A stretch of DNA of 64,000 nucleotides from Hypanus sabinus (lineage: Eukaryota): contig NC_082731.1 of NCBI RefSeq assembly GCF_030144855.1, forward strand, positions 10,726,001-10,790,000, in the 5' to 3' direction. Numbering within the stretch: the stretch's first letter is position 1; every line of letters begins with the position of its first letter. Both the position numbers and the translations under genes were made by a program. Of the stretch, positions 62,053-64,000 are shown piece by piece. A model generated the notes under the pieces. It saw only the letters and a list, made by a program, of their open reading frames with translations, searched no databases and was not told the origin of the DNA.

Positions 62053-63310
62053 TACTGCAGGAAATTGAGATCTATAATGATCAGAATAAAAATCCTGAAA
62101 AAATATTATTAATGTCTTCATAGTTACTTGCTATATCTCCATTATTTTTATGAATCTTTAAGATTTGTCTTTTAGCTCTAGCTGCTGTTAATTGGGAAGC
62201 AAAGAGCTTATTATTTTTAATCACCAAAAATATAAAATTAGCTTTTCAATTTAAGCAAATATCCTTCAATAGGATATGTTAATAATACATTATATTGTGA
62301 TTGTATTGTGAATTCTACTCTTTGGAGAGATTGCATAAATGTTATCTAATTCTTTAATTTGTTTATAGATTTTATCTAATTCCATTCTTGTTTGTTTCTT
62401 CAGTTCAGCTGCATACGAAATAATCTGACCACGTAAATAGGCTTTTAATCTATCTCAAATTACTAACTTTGAGATGTTTCCTGTATTATTAAAATAAAAT
62501 CGTTTATCTTAGTTTCAAAGAACTCAACAAATCCTGAACGTTGTAACAAGTGTTCTGGAAAGCGCCAAAATGGTCTAGTAGAAGCAACATCTTTCAGTTC
62601 AAATATTAGATTTAAATGAGCATGATCAAAGATAACAATTGCATCATACTCACATTTCTGACACATTAAATAAAAGTCGAGGGTCGACTATAAAATAGTC
62701 GTTTCTCGAATATTTATTATGAACATGTGAAAGAAAGAGTATTCTCTATCACTAGGATACTTGTGTCTCCAAATTTCAATTCAACCATAATCAATTAAAA
62801 TGAATTAATAAGTGATGAAGAATGATTAGGAAGTTGATAGTTGGATGATGAATTATCTATTAAAGGATTTAAACAAGTATTAGAATCATCACCCATTGAT
62901 AACATATATTCATTTAAATTAGGTAATAGAGCAAAGACAGCTTTAAAAATGAGGGTCCTCAACATTTGGTCCATAAATATTAACCAAAACCGTTTTCCTA
63001 TTATAAATTATTTCTTTAATAATCAAAAATCTACCATTAATATCAGCTATAATATCCTCCTGATTAAAAGGGATATTGGAATCAATAAAAATAGAAATAC
63101 CTCTAATCATACTCTGAGTTTGCATGAAAATGTGAATCCTTCCAAAATTTAAAAGATCGATTTTTATCACATAACCTCTTGAGCAAAAATTATATCAGGT
63201 TGGAATCTGTTAATAATTTTAAATGTTTTCTTATGCTGAATAGGATGATTGCAACCTTGGACATTCCAGTTTAAAAAATTTAACTGTTTAGATATAATCA
63301 TGAGACTTTG
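62053..63310 (-). mobile_element. Older L1 ORF2, 5' half (endonuclease)
   Basis: NFLNWNVQGCNHP start near 63302, IIADINGRFLI...VNIYGPN, IFDHAHL; continues the frame broken at ~53500 (YRSQFPA / NSSKLKAF). Confidence 0.82.
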
Positions 63311-64000
63311 TATCTAAAAAGAATACTTAGATGCAGGTTAGGATAAGGTAGTCAAAAATGGCGGAGGTGAATATCAATAATAATAATTTGCATATGCTCT
63401 GGGATTCCATAATGGGGATAAAAAAGAAAGGAAAAAAAACGCACACAAACTACCCGGAAATAAGTCGATAACGATCGACTCAAGCCCCAAGAAAAGCCCA
63501 GCAAGCAACTATAAACTCCACCTACCTAAATAAAATAAATGAGAAAAGTAAATTCTGTCTCCATCTACCGAATATAAAACTCGTTACAGTCGACATGTAT
63601 CTCAATATAATTAAATTAGAAGGAACAGTTTTTTTTTGTAAAACCAAACGACCTTCAATTTTTAAAGTAACCTTCATAATATTAGATAAGGGAAGAAAAA
63701 CACATCCAAAGCAATTCTTGAAATATTTGCACAAAAAGAAAATCAATCGCCATTTTTATATTACCCAATCTATCTTTAAAACATTCAGAAATCCAAATAA
63801 TTACTTAAAAGATCTTTACAATACCATACGGAACAAAAAAAAATCAGTTCATTTATATGCTGCAGAGAAAAAAATCTCTATGGTTCAAAATTATCAACAG
63901 TCTTTCAACAATTCTCCTGCTATGTCTTCTGTTGTTAAAACTATCCAAACCAGTCCTTTTCAGAGATAAAAACATATTTTAAGATTATCTGATCTGGAAG

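Noticed and set aside
63500-64000. 124-aa plus-strand ORF at the window end
   Set aside because: AT-rich, no recognisable motif; probably L1 spacer or remnant, but I could not assign it with confidence.

Overview
Cartilaginous-fish (elasmobranch, possibly batoid; inferred) genomic DNA. The first 14 kb hold a germline IgNAR-type heavy-chain cluster on the minus strand: octamer/TATA promoter, split leader, one VNAR exon (C22/C29/W36/C83), three D segments and one J, all with recombination signal sequences (RSS) obeying the 12/23 rule. About 11.3 kb downstream is a constant exon that matches IgNAR C2, not C1. I find no C1 exon between J and that exon, and it carries an extra Cys, so this may be a C1-less IgNAR (or a decaying cluster). 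The other ~50 kb has no recognisable host gene and is mostly retroelements: CR1, L1 (one full-length copy with a target-site duplication, TSD), Rex1/Babar, RTE, I/Nimb-like, Penelope-like elements with palindromic hammerhead-like hairpins, SINEs and a solo LTR. It also contains a decayed class III (ERV-L-like) pol remnant and an 8.5-kb epsilon-like provirus with ~99% identical LTRs, a tRNA-Arg PBS, a 62-bp tandem array and a 2H-phosphoesterase-like domain between protease and RT. All family assignments come from manual translation and recalled motifs; no database search was run.
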